A stretch of DNA of 64,000 bases from an uncultured Clostridia bacterium (lineage in GTDB: Bacteria; Bacillota; Clostridia; TANB77; CAG-508): the NCBI GenBank assembly GCA_934119935.1, contig CAKOSX010000002.1:44294-108293 (forward strand), given 5' to 3'. Below the pieces are notes generated by a model. The model worked only from the letters and a program-made list of their open reading frames with translations. It had not been told where the DNA came from and searched no databases. This document shows positions 47,843 to 58,688 of this stretch, piece by piece (within the stretch, counting starts at the first letter, position 1; every line of letters starts with the position of its first letter). Made by a program: the position numbers and the translations under genes.

Positions 47843-48544
47843 TTGAAGCAGATAGATGAAATGAGAAAAAGTTATAACTCATTTATAGAAAGACAACGTA
47901 AGGGATATGAAATGACTGCTGCAATGGTTGGCTATATAATTGAAAGAATGCAAGAAGCAGGAATGATATCAGAAGATGTATGTATATGTGGAAGAATAAA
48001 GAGTTTTAAATCGGCGTATGAAAATACAGGAAAGAAAGCAGTAGATGATTGCTTTGGACTAAGAATAATGGGATCGAAGGAAGATCTAGAAAAAATTGAA
48101 CAAGAGTTAAGACAAATGCTTATAGTAGATATTACGAAGGATCATAGAAAAAAGAAAAACACGTCTTATAATGCTATACATGAAATGGTTCATATAAGAG
48201 CAAAATATATGGGGGATAGTGGAATTGAACCAGAAACTTTCCCAGAAATAGAAGTTCAATATTGGAATGATGAAGTAAGAGAAAAATGTGTAGATGGCGA
48301 ATTATCTTATGCAAAATATAAGAGCAAAGATTTATTGGATATAATTGAAAGACTAAATACAAATAGAGAACAAACATTAAATGATTTACCGGTATTCTAT
48401 GAAATTAAAGGAAGAGAGATAAAAAAATTATCAAAGTTAGCAACTTTATACAAAATGTATCCAGAAATAAGACAGATGGAAGAAAGAAGAATGCTGGCAG
48501 TAGATGCTTCAGACCAAGATATGGAAGATGCAGCAAATAGATAA
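47843..48544 (+). CDS. Small alarmone synthetase (RelQ/RelP-like GTP pyrophosphokinase)
   Basis: Synthetase-domain motifs CICGRIKSFKSAYENTGKK and DCFGLRIMG (RelA/SpoT NT domain); 233 aa; TTG start with AGGTGG RBS. Confidence 0.65.
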   Translation: MKQIDEMRKSYNSFIERQRKGYEMTAAMVGYIIERMQEAGMISEDVCICGRIKSFKSAYENTGKKAVDDCFGLRIMGSKEDLEKIEQELRQMLIVDITKDHRKKKNTSYNAIHEMVHIRAKYMGDSGIEPETFPEIEVQYWNDEVREKCVDGELSYAKYKSKDLLDIIERLNTNREQTLNDLPVFYEIKGREIKKLSKLATLYKMYPEIRQMEERRMLAVDASDQDMEDAANR

Positions 48545-48655
48545 GAAGAGATAAAAACGTCATAACATGGCGTTTTTATCTCTTTATGTTTTTATAAAAT
48601 TATTAAATGTAAGTAAATTAAGACATAATTTCTGTAATAAAATTGTAAAAAAACG

Positions 48656-48684
48656 TTGACATTAACCTTATTTGGGTATATAAT
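48656..48684 (+). promoter_or_regulatory. S10 operon promoter TTGACA-17-TATAAT
   Basis: Perfect consensus -35 and -10 with 17-nt spacer, about 290 nt upstream of rpsJ. Confidence 0.6.
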
Positions 48685-48977
48685 AGTAAAGCATGTAAGA
48701 TAGCGAAGAAGTGAAATGTGGCTACAACCATACAATTAACCAAGGTTGGAGGGAACTTTCATGGAGCATGTCATGGCTGAGACCAGGCGGTAAGGTTAAG
48801 GTATCCGTAAGAGATTTTGCGGGTAGCTTATGCATACTGAAAAGTATGTATTAATAAATGTACACTTTATCCCAAGATAATCATGCAAAAACTTGGGCTT
48901 TTATATTGGTAATATTTAGAACACCAGGGTGCGTTTATAACTTCCGACCAAAAAAATATTTAAGGAGGGAAAATTAC

Positions 48978-49307
48978 ATGGCAAAGAAACAAACAACAGA
49001 AGTAGCAAATGGTAAAATCAGAATAAGATTAAAAGCTTATGATCCACAACTTTTAGAACAGTCTGCTGATAAGATAGTAGATACTGCTAAAAAAACTGGA
49101 GCAAAAGTTTCAGGACCTATTCCATTACCAACAGAGAAGGAAATCGTAACAATACTACGTTCTCCACACAAACACAAAGATTCAAGAGAACAATTCGAAA
49201 TGAGAACACACAAGAGAGTTATTGATATTCTTTATCCTACACAAAAAACAGTTGAAAGTTTAACAAAAATTGAACTACCAGCTGGTGTAAATATAGAAAT
49301 AAAATAA
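48978..49307 (+). CDS. rpsJ: 30S ribosomal protein S10
   Basis: MAKKQ...[16 protein letters not shown]... ; AAGGAGGG RBS. Confidence 0.95.
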   Translation: MAKKQTTEVANGKIRIRLKAYDPQLLEQSADKIVDTAKKTGAKVSGPIPLPTEKEIVTILRSPHKHKDSREQFEMRTHKRVIDILYPTQKTVESLTKIELPAGVNIEIK

Positions 49308-49404
49308 CAATAAGTTAAGGCAAAAAGTTAGAAACCTATAAAAATCTGACAAAAACCATGCTAGTGAAAAATCATTAGCCAATAGTTAGGAGGAAAATTT
49401 TAAA

Positions 49405-50034
49405 ATGAAAAAATCAATAATAGGAAAAAAAGTTGGAATGACTCAAATATTTGATGAAACAGGAAAAGTTATTCCAGTAACAGTTATAGAAGCTGGACCA
49501 TGTGTTGTTGCACAAGTTAAAACAAACGAGACAGACGGATATAACGCAGTACAATTAGGATTCGGAGATGTTAAAGAAAGCAAAGTTAACAAACCAGTTA
49601 AAGGCCACTTCGCTAAATCTAAATTAGCATTAAAGAAACATTTAAGAGAATTCAGAATGGATTCTGTAGAAGACGTTAAAGTTGGAGATGAATTAAAAGC
49701 TGATGTTTTCACAAAAGGAGACAAAGTTGATATTCAAGGAACTTCAAAAGGAAAAGGATTCCAAGGCGTTATAAAAAGACATGGTCAATCAAGAGGACCT
49801 ATGGGACATGGTTCTATGTACCACAGAAGACCAGGTTCAATGGGATCTACATCAACACCAGGTAGAGTATTCAAAGGAAAGAGACTTCCAGGACATATGG
49901 GAGCTAACACAATTACAATACAAAACCTAGAAGTTGTTTCAGTTGACTTAGACAAAAATGTAATATTAGTAAAAGGTAGCGTTCCAGGAGCAAACGGAGC
50001 AATACTAAAAATTAAACAAAGCGTAAAAGCATAG
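49405..50034 (+). CDS. rplC: 50S ribosomal protein L3
   Basis: [33 protein letters not shown]. Confidence 0.95.
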   Translation: MKKSIIGKKVGMTQIFDETGKVIPVTVIEAGPCVVAQVKTNETDGYNAVQLGFGDVKESKVNKPVKGHFAKSKLALKKHLREFRMDSVEDVKVGDELKADVFTKGDKVDIQGTSKGKGFQGVIKRHGQSRGPMGHGSMYHRRPGSMGSTSTPGRVFKGKRLPGHMGANTITIQNLEVVSVDLDKNVILVKGSVPGANGAILKIKQSVKA

Positions 50035-50050
50035 GGAAGGAGGAAAAAAG

Positions 50051-50674
50051 ATGCCTAAAATAGACGTATATGATATAAATGGAAAGAAAGTTAAAGAACT
50101 AGAATTAAATGAAGCAGTATTTGGAATCGAACCAAATGAAGCAGTTGTACACAGTGTTCTAGTTAATTTCTTAGCAAATCAAAGACAAGGTACACAAAGT
50201 ACAAAAACAAGAAGCGAAGTTTCTGGTGGTGGAAGAAAACCATGGAGACAAAAAGGTACAGGTAGAGCAAGACAAGGAAGTATAAGAGCACCACAATGGA
50301 TTAAAGGTGGTATAGCTTTAGGACCAAAGCCTCGTTCTTACAAATACACAGTAAACAAGAAAGAAAGACAATTAGCTGTTAAATCAGTATTAAGTTCAAA
50401 AGTTTTAGAGAACGAATTAGTTGTTGTTGATAGCTTACCATTAAATGATATAAAGACAAAAGAAATGGTAAAAGCTCTTTCAAACTTAAAAGTTGAAGGA
50501 AAAGCATTAATAATGCTTCCAGAAAAGAACGAAAAAGTTCAAAAATCAGCTAGAAATATTGAAGGTGTAAAAACAACATTAGTTGAAACAATAAATGTTT
50601 ATGACTTATTAAAATACAACAAATTAGTTGTAACAGAAGACACTGTTAAGAAATTAGAGGAGGTGTACGCATAA
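50051..50674 (+). CDS. rplD: 50S ribosomal protein L4
   Basis: Canonical L4 sequence and operon position. Confidence 0.95.
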   Translation: MPKIDVYDINGKKVKELELNEAVFGIEPNEAVVHSVLVNFLANQRQGTQSTKTRSEVSGGGRKPWRQKGTGRARQGSIRAPQWIKGGIALGPKPRSYKYTVNKKERQLAVKSVLSSKVLENELVVVDSLPLNDIKTKEMVKALSNLKVEGKALIMLPEKNEKVQKSARNIEGVKTTLVETINVYDLLKYNKLVVTEDTVKKLEEVYA

Positions 50675-51021
50675 TGAGACCAGAAGACATTATAATAAAA
50701 CCAATAATTACTGAAGAAAGTAATGCTGGAATACAAGAAGGAAAGTATACCTTTAAAGTAAACAAGAAAGCTACAAAAGTTGATGTAGCAAATGCAGTAG
50801 AAAAACTTTTCGGAGTTAAAGTATTAAAAGTAAATACTATAACAGTAAAAGGAAAAGAAAAAAGAGTTGGAAGAAATGTTGGAAGAACATCTGATTGGAA
50901 GAAGGCTATTGTTACAATAGATACAAATCCATCAGACAAAACATATCTTGCAAAAGGTGGAAAAGAGACAAAAATAGCTACAAAATACAAAACTTCAATT
51001 GATGAGTTTATGGGTGCGTAG
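50674..51021 (+). CDS. rplW: 50S ribosomal protein L23
   Basis: ATGA overlap with the rplD stop; L23 core; about 20-aa C-terminal extension. Confidence 0.92.
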   Translation: MRPEDIIIKPIITEESNAGIQEGKYTFKVNKKATKVDVANAVEKLFGVKVLKVNTITVKGKEKRVGRNVGRTSDWKKAIVTIDTNPSDKTYLAKGGKETKIATKYKTSIDEFMGA

Positions 51022-51255
51022 TTAAATAAAAATAGCGAGAGATAACTCGGATAATAAAAAATATCTGCTTATGCGGGGCAGGAAAAAAAGAATACGTAAA
51101 TAAATATAAATAAAGTAGAAAATTCAGCAAAAACGAGTAATGCTAGGAAAGTGAGCGAAAAAAACGGAGGTGTACGTATTGTACATTGAGTATTTTTGAA
51201 GCGAAACTTGACAAAGCAGGACGAAGTTTTTCATGAATTTGAGAAGGAGAATAAA

Positions 51256-52080
51256 ATGGCAACAAAAAAATTCAATCCAGTAACTCCATCATTAAGAAAT
51301 ATGACAGTTTCTGATTTTGCTGAAATAACAAAAAAGACTCCTGAAAAATCTTTATTAACAGTAAAGAAAGAAAAAGCAGGAAGAAATAGTTATGGAAGAA
51401 TAACAGTTCGTCACCAAGGTGGAGGAAACAGACAAAAATATAGAATAATTGATTTTAAACGTCAAAAAGAAGATATGCCAGCAACAGTAGTTGGTATAGA
51501 ATATGATCCAAACAGAAGTGCAAATATAGCTTTAATTAAATATGAAGATGGAACATTAAGCTATATATTAGCTCCTATAGGATTAAAAGACGGTGACACA
51601 GTAATGTCAGGAGCAAATGCTGATATTAAACCAGGTAACTGTCTAAAATTAGAAAACATTCCAGTTGGTACTATGGTTCATAACATAGAAATAAACCCAG
51701 GCCAAGGTGGAAAATTAGTTAGAGCTGCAGGTCAAGAAGCTCAACTTATGGCTAAAGAAGGAAAATTCGCAAATTTAAGATTACCTTCAGGAGAAATGAG
51801 ATTAATAATGCTAAACTGCAGAGCAACAATAGGAACTGTAGGAAATGCAGAATATGAAAATATTAAACTAGGTAAAGCAGGAAAAACAAGACATCTAGGC
51901 AAACGTCCAGAAGTTAGAGGATCTGCAATGAACCCAGTAGATCACCCTCATGGTGGTGGTGAAGGAAAGGCTCCAGTAGGACACGCAGGACCAATGACTC
52001 CTTGGGGTAAACCAGCACTTGGATACAAGACAAGAAAGAATTCAAGAACTGATAAATTTATAGCTAAGAGGAGGAAATAA
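51256..52080 (+). CDS. rplB: 50S ribosomal protein L2
   Basis: [17 protein letters not shown]...; GAAGGAG RBS; the tracked ORF extends 20 codons upstream with no RBS. Confidence 0.95.
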   Translation: MATKKFNPVTPSLRNMTVSDFAEITKKTPEKSLLTVKKEKAGRNSYGRITVRHQGGGNRQKYRIIDFKRQKEDMPATVVGIEYDPNRSANIALIKYEDGTLSYILAPIGLKDGDTVMSGANADIKPGNCLKLENIPVGTMVHNIEINPGQGGKLVRAAGQEAQLMAKEGKFANLRLPSGEMRLIMLNCRATIGTVGNAEYENIKLGKAGKTRHLGKRPEVRGSAMNPVDHPHGGGEGKAPVGHAGPMTPWGKPALGYKTRKNSRTDKFIAKRRK

Positions 52081-52082
52081 TA

Positions 52083-52361
52083 ATGTCAAGATCTAGTAAA
52101 AAGAAACCATTTGTTGCTCCAGAGCTATTAAAAAGAGTTGAAGCAATGAATGAAAGTGGAAAGAAAGAAGTATTAAAGACATGGTCTAGAGCTTCTACAA
52201 TATACCCACAAATGGTTGGACACACAATAGCTGTTCACGATGGAAGAAAACATGTTCCAGTATATATTACTGAAGAAATGATTGGACATAAATTAGGAGA
52301 ATTTGCTCCAACAAGAACATTTAAAGGACATTCAGGAGATAAAACAACAACTACAAAATAA
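52083..52361 (+). CDS. rpsS: 30S ribosomal protein S19
   Basis: Canonical S19. Confidence 0.95.
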   Translation: MSRSSKKKPFVAPELLKRVEAMNESGKKEVLKTWSRASTIYPQMVGHTIAVHDGRKHVPVYITEEMIGHKLGEFAPTRTFKGHSGDKTTTTK

Positions 52362-52389
52362 AAATTGATTAAGGAGGTAAATAAGAGCA

Positions 52390-52755
52390 ATGGAAGATAC
52401 AGTACAAAACGAAGTAGTACCATGCGCAAGTGCAACTCTAAAGTATGCTAGAATTTCAAGCAGAAAAGTTAAGATTGTAGCAGATTTAATAAGAGGAAAA
52501 GATGTTGATGAAGCATTAGCAATAGTTAAATTTACGCCAAAAGCTGCATCAGAGATCGTTGAAAAATTGCTTAAATCAGCTATTGCAAACGCTGAAAACA
52601 ACCATGGAATGAAGAGCAATAAATTATATGTAGCAGAAATATATGCAAATCAAGGACCTACATTAAGAAGAATAAGACCAGCTGCAAAAGGTTCAGCTGT
52701 TAGAATTAGAAAGAGAACAAGTCATATAACTATAGTTCTTAAAGAAAGAGACTAA
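52390..52755 (+). CDS. rplV: 50S ribosomal protein L22
   Basis: [25 protein letters not shown]. Confidence 0.93.
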   Translation: MEDTVQNEVVPCASATLKYARISSRKVKIVADLIRGKDVDEALAIVKFTPKAASEIVEKLLKSAIANAENNHGMKSNKLYVAEIYANQGPTLRRIRPAAKGSAVRIRKRTSHITIVLKERD

Positions 52756-52776
52756 GAGTAAGGAGGATAATAGAAA

Positions 52777-53439
52777 ATGGGACAAAAAATGAATCCAAAC
52801 GGACTTAGAGTTGGAATCATAAAAGACTGGAACTCAAAATGGTATGCAGATTCAAAGCATTTTGCAGATTATCTAGTTGAAGATCACAAAATCCGTGAAT
52901 ATGTTAAGAAAAAATTATACGCTAGCGGAATTTCAAAAGTTGAAATCGAGAGAACAGCAAAATTCGTTAAAGTTAACGTATACACAGCTAAACCTGGTCT
53001 AGTAATAGGAAAAGGTGGAAATTTAGCTGAAAGCTTAAAAGCTGAGTTACAAAAAATGATTGGAAAAGATGTAAATCTAAATATTGTTGAGGTTAAATCA
53101 CCAGATTTAGATGCACAATTAGTTGCTGAAAATATAGCAGGACAACTAGAAAGAAGAATTTCATTCAGACGTGCAATGAAACAATGTATGCAAAAAACAA
53201 TGAAGATGGGTGCTTTAGGAATAAAGACATCTGTATCAGGAAGACTTGGTGGAGCTGATATGGCTAGAACTGAGTTCTACAAAGAAGGTACAATACCACT
53301 TCAAACATTAAGAGCTGACATTGATTATGGATTTGCAGAAGCAAACACAACATATGGAAAAGTTGGAGTTAAAGTTTGGATATATAAAGGAGAAGTTCTT
53401 CCAGCTAAGAAGAAAGCAGTGGAAGGAGGAGACAGATAA
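52777..53439 (+). CDS. rpsC: 30S ribosomal protein S3
   Basis: [24 protein letters not shown]; KH domain. Confidence 0.95.
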   Translation: MGQKMNPNGLRVGIIKDWNSKWYADSKHFADYLVEDHKIREYVKKKLYASGISKVEIERTAKFVKVNVYTAKPGLVIGKGGNLAESLKAELQKMIGKDVNLNIVEVKSPDLDAQLVAENIAGQLERRISFRRAMKQCMQKTMKMGALGIKTSVSGRLGGADMARTEFYKEGTIPLQTLRADIDYGFAEANTTYGKVGVKVWIYKGEVLPAKKKAVEGGDR

Positions 53440-53882
53440 TGCCATTAATGCCAAAAAGAACAAAATATAGAAAACAACAAAAAGGTAGAAATAGAGGAAA
53501 AGCAACAAGAGGTAACGTTGTAACAGATGGATTATATGGACTTCAAGCATTAGAAGCAGGTCAAATTACTTCTAACCAAATAGAAGCAGCCCGTGTTGCT
53601 ATGACAAGATATATAAAAAGAGGTGGAAAGGTTTGGATAAAAATCTTCCCAGATAAACCTATAACAAAGAAACCAGCAGATACTCGTATGGGTAAAGGTA
53701 AAGGATCAGTTGAATACTGGGTAGCAGTTATAAAGCCAGGAAGAATATTGTTTGAGCTTGCAGATGTTACAGAAGACGTTGCAAGAGAAGCATTAAGACT
53801 TGCTGCTAACAAACTATCTGTTAAGTGTAAATTTGTTAAAAAGGAAACTGAAGTAGGTGGTGAATTAGATGAAGATAAATAA
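53439..53882 (+). CDS. rplP: 50S ribosomal protein L16
   Basis: [20 protein letters not shown]; ATGA overlap with rpsC. Confidence 0.95.
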   Translation: MPLMPKRTKYRKQQKGRNRGKATRGNVVTDGLYGLQALEAGQITSNQIEAARVAMTRYIKRGGKVWIKIFPDKPITKKPADTRMGKGKGSVEYWVAVIKPGRILFELADVTEDVAREALRLAANKLSVKCKFVKKETEVGGELDEDK

Positions 53883-54195
53883 GATTAGAGAAATGTCTTC
53901 ACCAGACTTAGAAAAAGAATTAGGAGAATTAAAATCAGAATTGTTCAAACTAAGATTTAGCTTAGCAACAAACGGATTAGACAATCCTATGAAAATAAGA
54001 GAAGTTAAGAAAGACATTGCAAAAATAAAAACAGTTTTAACTGAAAGAGAATTAAAAGGTGAAGAACCAGTAGTTGTAGAAGAGCCAAAGAAAGCAGAAA
54101 AGAAAACTGCAAGCAAGGCAAAGAAAGAAGCTACAGAAGGAACAGAAAAGAAAGCTAGAAAAACAACTACAAAAAAAGAAAGTAAAGCTGAATAA
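53869..54195 (+). CDS. rpmC: 50S ribosomal protein L29 with about 40-aa Lys/Ala/Thr/Glu-rich C-terminal extension
   Basis: [31 protein letters not shown]29 core; tail [35 protein letters not shown]; 14-nt overlap with rplP. Confidence 0.88.
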   Translation: MKINKIREMSSPDLEKELGELKSELFKLRFSLATNGLDNPMKIREVKKDIAKIKTVLTERELKGEEPVVVEEPKKAEKKTASKAKKEATEGTEKKARKTTTKKESKAE

Positions 54196-54245
54196 TTTAT
54201 ACAACTAAAACGTTGTATTCCTTAGAATGTAGAAAGGAGAATATT

Positions 54246-54509
54246 ATGGAAGAAAGAAATCTTCGTAAAACAATGACTGGAATTGTTACATCTGATAAAA
54301 TGGATAAAACAGTTGTTATATCTGTTGTACAAAATGAGATGGATAAGACATATGGAAAAATAAAGAAGAGAACATATAAATTAAAAGCTCATGATGAAAA
54401 CAACGAATGCAAAGTTGGAGATAAAGTTAAAGTTATGGAAACAAGACCTTTATCAAAAGACAAGAGATGGAGAGTTGTTGAGATCGTAGAAAAGGCAATA
54501 ATAAAATAA
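54246..54509 (+). CDS. rpsQ: 30S ribosomal protein S17
   Basis: [22 protein letters not shown]... ; GGAGA RBS upstream of the ATG at 54246. Confidence 0.93.
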   Translation: MEERNLRKTMTGIVTSDKMDKTVVISVVQNEMDKTYGKIKKRTYKLKAHDENNECKVGDKVKVMETRPLSKDKRWRVVEIVEKAIIK

Positions 54510-54548
54510 TAAAACATTAAAGAATGAAAAAAGGAGGTACTAGTTTAA

Positions 54549-54917
54549 ATGGTACAGCAACAAACAGTATTAAAAGTAGCTGATAATACAGGTGCTAAAG
54601 AAATAATGTGTATTAGATGTTTAGGCGGATCATACAGAAAATATGCTAGCGTTGGTGATATAATAATTGCTTCTGTTAAAACAGCAACACCAGGTGGCGT
54701 TGTAAAAAAAGGCGAAGTTGTTAAAGCAGTTGTTGTTAGAACAAAGAAACCTATAAGAAGAGCTGACGGATCTTATTTAAGATTTGATGAAAACGCAGCA
54801 GTTATAATAAAAGATGATGGAACACCAAAGGGAACTCGTATATTTGGACCTGTTGCAAGAGAATTAAGAGAAAAGGACTACTTAAAGATTCTTTCTCTAG
54901 CACCAGAAGTTCTATAA
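54549..54917 (+). CDS. rplN: 50S ribosomal protein L14
   Basis: [27 protein letters not shown]. Confidence 0.95.
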   Translation: MVQQQTVLKVADNTGAKEIMCIRCLGGSYRKYASVGDIIIASVKTATPGGVVKKGEVVKAVVVRTKKPIRRADGSYLRFDENAAVIIKDDGTPKGTRIFGPVARELREKDYLKILSLAPEVL

Positions 54918-54965
54918 TTGAGATAAGAGCCCAATAAGTAAGAAATAAAGAGGTGAAAATATAAA

Positions 54966-55274
54966 ATGAAATTAAGAAAAGGCGATACAGTTAAAGTTTT
55001 ATCTGGAAATGATAAAGGAAAAACTGGGGAAATTCTAGAAGTAATACCAAAAACAGAAAAAATAATTGTTAAAGGTATCAATATTAGAAAAAAGAGTGTT
55101 AAACCAAGAAGACAAGGTGAACAAGGAGGAATTATTCCTTCAGAATTCAGCATACATAGCAGTAAAGTAGCTCTAGTATGTCCAAAATGCGGAAAAGCAA
55201 CAAGAGTTGGATATGCAGTTGAGAAAGACGGAAAAGTACGTGTATGTAAAAAATGTGGAGCAAATATAAAATAG
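54966..55274 (+). CDS. rplX: 50S ribosomal protein L24
   Basis: KOW motif MKLRKGDTVKVLSGNDKGKTGEI; C-terminal Cys4 (CPKCG...CKKCG) extension. Confidence 0.93.
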   Translation: MKLRKGDTVKVLSGNDKGKTGEILEVIPKTEKIIVKGINIRKKSVKPRRQGEQGGIIPSEFSIHSSKVALVCPKCGKATRVGYAVEKDGKVRVCKKCGANIK

Positions 55275-55300
55275 TGAAGGAAGGAGGTCTATAAAGACTT

Positions 55301-55840
55301 ATGGAAATATTAAAAGAACAATATGAGAAAGAAATAGTACCAGCTTTAATGAAAAAGTTTAATTATAAATCAGTAATGGAAGTTCCAAAGTTAGATAAAA
55401 TAGTTATCAACATTGGTTTAGGAGATGTAAAAGAAAATCCAAAGGATTTAGAGAACGCAATCAAAGATTTGGAACAAATTACTGGACAAAAGCCAATAAC
55501 TACAAAATCTAAGAAGGCTATAGCTGCATTTAAATTAAGAGCAGGAGTTCCAATTGGATGCAAAGTAACATTAAGAAAAGGAAAAATGTATGATTTTGCA
55601 AACAAATTATTCAATGTAGCTCTTCCAAGAGTTAGAGACTTTAGAGGAATACCAGCAGATTCTTTTGACGGTAGAGGAAACTATTCAATGGGTATTAAGG
55701 AACAATTAATATTCCCTGAAATAGAATACGAAAAAGTTGATAAAGTAAGAGGTATGGATATAATATTTGTAACAACAGCTAAGACTGATGAAGAAGCTAA
55801 AGAGTTACTAAAATTATTAGGAATGCCATTCAAAAACTAA
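55301..55840 (+). CDS. rplE: 50S ribosomal protein L5
   Basis: Canonical L5. Confidence 0.95.
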   Translation: MEILKEQYEKEIVPALMKKFNYKSVMEVPKLDKIVINIGLGDVKENPKDLENAIKDLEQITGQKPITTKSKKAIAAFKLRAGVPIGCKVTLRKGKMYDFANKLFNVALPRVRDFRGIPADSFDGRGNYSMGIKEQLIFPEIEYEKVDKVRGMDIIFVTTAKTDEEAKELLKLLGMPFKN

Positions 55841-55884
55841 TTATCGTAAATTACTGAAAAGAGATATAAGAAAGGAGAAAGCTA

Positions 55885-56070
55885 ATGGCTAAAACGTCTT
55901 TAAAAGTTAAGCAAGCAAGACCACAAAAATATAAGACAAGAGAATATAACAGATGTAAATTATGTGGAAGACCACATGCTTATATTAGAAAATATGGAGT
56001 TTGCCGTGAGTGCTTCAGAAAATTAGCTCATGATGGCGAAATTCCTGGAGTAAAAAAGGCAAGTTGGTAG
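55885..56070 (+). CDS. rpsZ: 30S ribosomal protein S14 type Z (zinc-binding)
   Basis: 61 aa; [22 protein letters not shown]. Confidence 0.93.
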   Translation: MAKTSLKVKQARPQKYKTREYNRCKLCGRPHAYIRKYGVCRECFRKLAHDGEIPGVKKASW

Positions 56071-56127
56071 AATCCAATTAAAATTGTATATGATAGAAAA
56101 ATCGTGATAAGGAGGGAAAACAAGAAC

Positions 56128-56529
56128 ATGGTTACTACAGATCCAATAGCAGATATGCTAACAAGAATAAGAAATGCTAGCAGTCAAAAACATAAATCTG
56201 TTGATGTTCCTGCTTCAAAAGAAAAGCTTGCAATAGCTCAAATATTATTTGAAGAAGGATATATCAAATCTTTTGAAGAAATAAAAGAAGAAAATAATCA
56301 AGGTGTAATAAGAATTACATTAAAATATACAGAAAAAGGTAAAAAAGTAATAGATGGATTAAAGAGAATAAGCAAACCAGGATTAAGAGTTTACGCATCT
56401 AAGACAGAATTACCTAAAGTATTAAATGGATTAGGAATAGCTTTAATTTCAACATCTAAAGGAATAATGACAGACAAGAAAGCAAGAGAAGCTGGTTTAG
56501 GTGGAGAAGTTATAGCATACGTTTGGTAA
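56128..56529 (+). CDS. rpsH: 30S ribosomal protein S8
   Basis: [17 protein letters not shown]; AAGGAGGG RBS upstream of the ATG at 56128. Confidence 0.93.
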   Translation: MVTTDPIADMLTRIRNASSQKHKSVDVPASKEKLAIAQILFEEGYIKSFEEIKEENNQGVIRITLKYTEKGKKVIDGLKRISKPGLRVYASKTELPKVLNGLGIALISTSKGIMTDKKAREAGLGGEVIAYVW

Positions 56530-56559
56530 TAATTAAGACAAGAAGGAGGGAAAACAAAC

Positions 56560-57099
56560 ATGTCAAGAATAGGAAATATGCCTATTACAGTACCTGCTGG
56601 TGTTGAAGTTAAAATAGACGGAAACCACATTGCTGTAAAAGGACCTAAGGGAAGTCTTGAAAGAGACATTCATCCAAATATGAAAGTTGAATTAGACGGA
56701 AATGAAATAAAAGTTTCAAGACCAGATGATACAAACATGAATAAGAGTTTACATGGAACAACAAGAGCTTTAATACATAACATGGTTGAAGGTGTTGTTA
56801 ATGAATTCAAAGTAGAATTAGAAATAAATGGTGTTGGTTACAGAGCTCAAAAGCAAGGTAACAAATTAGTAATGAGTTTAGGATATTCTCATCCAGTAGA
56901 GATGGAAGCTCCAGAAGGAATTACTTTTGATTTAACAGATGCTAACCACATTGTAGTTAGAGGAATTGACAAAGAATTAGTTGGTCAAGTTGCTAACGAA
57001 GTAAGATCTAAACGTCCACCAGAAGTATATAGAGGAAAAGGTATTAAATATGCTACTGAACATATTAGACGTAAGGAAGGTAAAGCAGGTAAAAAATAA
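56560..57099 (+). CDS. rplF: 50S ribosomal protein L6
   Basis: MSRIGNMPITVPAGVEVKIDGNHIAVKGPKG. Confidence 0.95.
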   Translation: MSRIGNMPITVPAGVEVKIDGNHIAVKGPKGSLERDIHPNMKVELDGNEIKVSRPDDTNMNKSLHGTTRALIHNMVEGVVNEFKVELEINGVGYRAQKQGNKLVMSLGYSHPVEMEAPEGITFDLTDANHIVVRGIDKELVGQVANEVRSKRPPEVYRGKGIKYATEHIRRKEGKAGKK

Positions 57100-57277
57100 T
57101 TCTAAACTTCGTCTAACAGCGTTAACCTTTGCCTAAAAATATTATCAACGTACAACTTAGTACGCCTCAAATATTTTGGGCACGGTTGCCTTGTTATACT
57201 AGTTTACGATTATTTTACTATGAGTCGAAATCAGAACTAAAACTAATGCTGTTACATTAGTTAGAAAGGAGTAAAAA

Positions 57278-57637
57278 ATGGTTGGTAAGACAGATAGAAA
57301 AGCTGAGAGAGAAAGAAGACATGCTCGTGTTCGTACAAAAATAAGCGGAACAGCAGAACGCCCAAGATTATGCGTATACAGAAGTAACAAGAACTTATTT
57401 GTACAAGTAATTGATGATGTTAATGGAACAACTTTAGCTGCTGCATCTACATTAGATAAAGAAGTAAAAAATAAACATGCAAACAGCGAAGCTGCAAAAG
57501 AAGTAGGAGCTTTAATAGCAAAAAGAGCTCAAGACAAAAAAATAAAAACAGTAGTATTTGATAGAAGTGGATACCTATATCATGGAATTATAAAGGATTT
57601 AGCTGAAGCTGCTAGAGAAGCAGGATTAGAATTCTAA
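57278..57637 (+). CDS. rplR: 50S ribosomal protein L18
   Basis: [25 protein letters not shown]. Confidence 0.95.
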   Translation: MVGKTDRKAERERRHARVRTKISGTAERPRLCVYRSNKNLFVQVIDDVNGTTLAAASTLDKEVKNKHANSEAAKEVGALIAKRAQDKKIKTVVFDRSGYLYHGIIKDLAEAAREAGLEF

Positions 57638-57719
57638 TAATTTTCGAGAAAGATACGAAACAATGCAGTGAATAACTGCATGAATCCAAAATAAAATACA
57701 TAAAAGGAGGTCAGAAGAC

Positions 57720-58211
57720 GTGCAAGAAGAAAATTCTACAGAATTAAAAGAAAAAGTAGTTGCCATAAATAGAGTTGCTAAAGTTGTTAAAGGTGGAAGA
57801 AACTTTAGATTTAGCGCAGTTGTTGTTGTTGGAGATGGAGCTGGACACGTTGGTGTTGGAAACGGAAAAGCAGCAGAAGTTCCAGATGCTATAAAGAAAG
57901 CTATAGAAGATGCAAAGAAAAATCTAATTGAAGTTTCTATAGTAGATACAACAATACCACATGAAATAATTGGAAAATTTGGAAGTGCAAGTGTTATGCT
58001 AAAACCAGCCAGTGAAGGTACTGGAATTATAGCTGGTGGTAGTGTTAGACCAGTTCTAGAACTTGCAGGTTACAGAGATATAAGAACAAAAATAATAGGA
58101 ACAAACAATCCTAGAAATGTTGTTTATGCTACTCTTGAAGGATTAAAGAACATGCAAACAGTAGAATCTGTAGCTAAAAAAAGAGGAAAAAAAGTTGAAG
58201 AAGTAATGTAA
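57720..58211 (+). CDS. rpsE: 30S ribosomal protein S5
   Basis: [28 protein letters not shown]; GTG start after an AAAGGAGG RBS. Confidence 0.93.
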   Translation: MQEENSTELKEKVVAINRVAKVVKGGRNFRFSAVVVVGDGAGHVGVGNGKAAEVPDAIKKAIEDAKKNLIEVSIVDTTIPHEIIGKFGSASVMLKPASEGTGIIAGGSVRPVLELAGYRDIRTKIIGTNNPRNVVYATLEGLKNMQTVESVAKKRGKKVEEVM

Positions 58212-58253
58212 TTACGATAAAAGAATAATAAAATTAGGAGGTGTAGTCACGAG

Positions 58254-58688
58254 ATGAAATTAGATGAATTAAAACCAGCACAAGTAAACACAAAAAGAAC
58301 AAGAGTTGGACGTGGCGTTGGATCTGGTATAGGCAAAACTTCTGGAAGAGGTCATAAAGGACAAAAAGCTAGAAGTGGTGGCGGAGTTAGACGTGGATTC
58401 GAAGGTGGTCAAACACCATTATATAGAAGATTACCAAAAAGAGGATTTACAAATATCCATGCTAAAAACTATACAGAAGTAACATTAACAATGTTATCTA
58501 AAGTAAAGAACGAAAACGTAACAGCTCAAAGCTTAGTTGATGAAGGAATCATTGGAAAAGTTAATGATGGAATAGTAATTCTTGGAACTGGAAAATTAGA
58601 CAAAAAAGTTAATGTAACAGCAGCAAGATTTACAAAATCAGCTAAAGAACAAATTGAAGCTTTAGGGGGAAAGGCAGAGGTGATCTAA
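58254..58688 (+). CDS. rplO: 50S ribosomal protein L15
   Basis: Canonical L15 Gly/Arg-rich N-terminus; follows rpsE directly with no rpmD between them. Confidence 0.95.
   Translation: MKLDELKPAQVNTKRTRVGRGVGSGIGKTSGRGHKGQKARSGGGVRRGFEGGQTPLYRRLPKRGFTNIHAKNYTEVTLTMLSKVKNENVTAQSLVDEGIIGKVNDGIVILGTGKLDKKVNVTAARFTKSAKEQIEALGGKAEVI

Noticed and set aside
51196-51255. N-terminal 20-codon extension of rplB from a TTG at 51196
   Set aside because: No RBS precedes the TTG, whereas the ATG at 51256 has a GAAGGAG RBS and matches the conserved L2 N-terminus.
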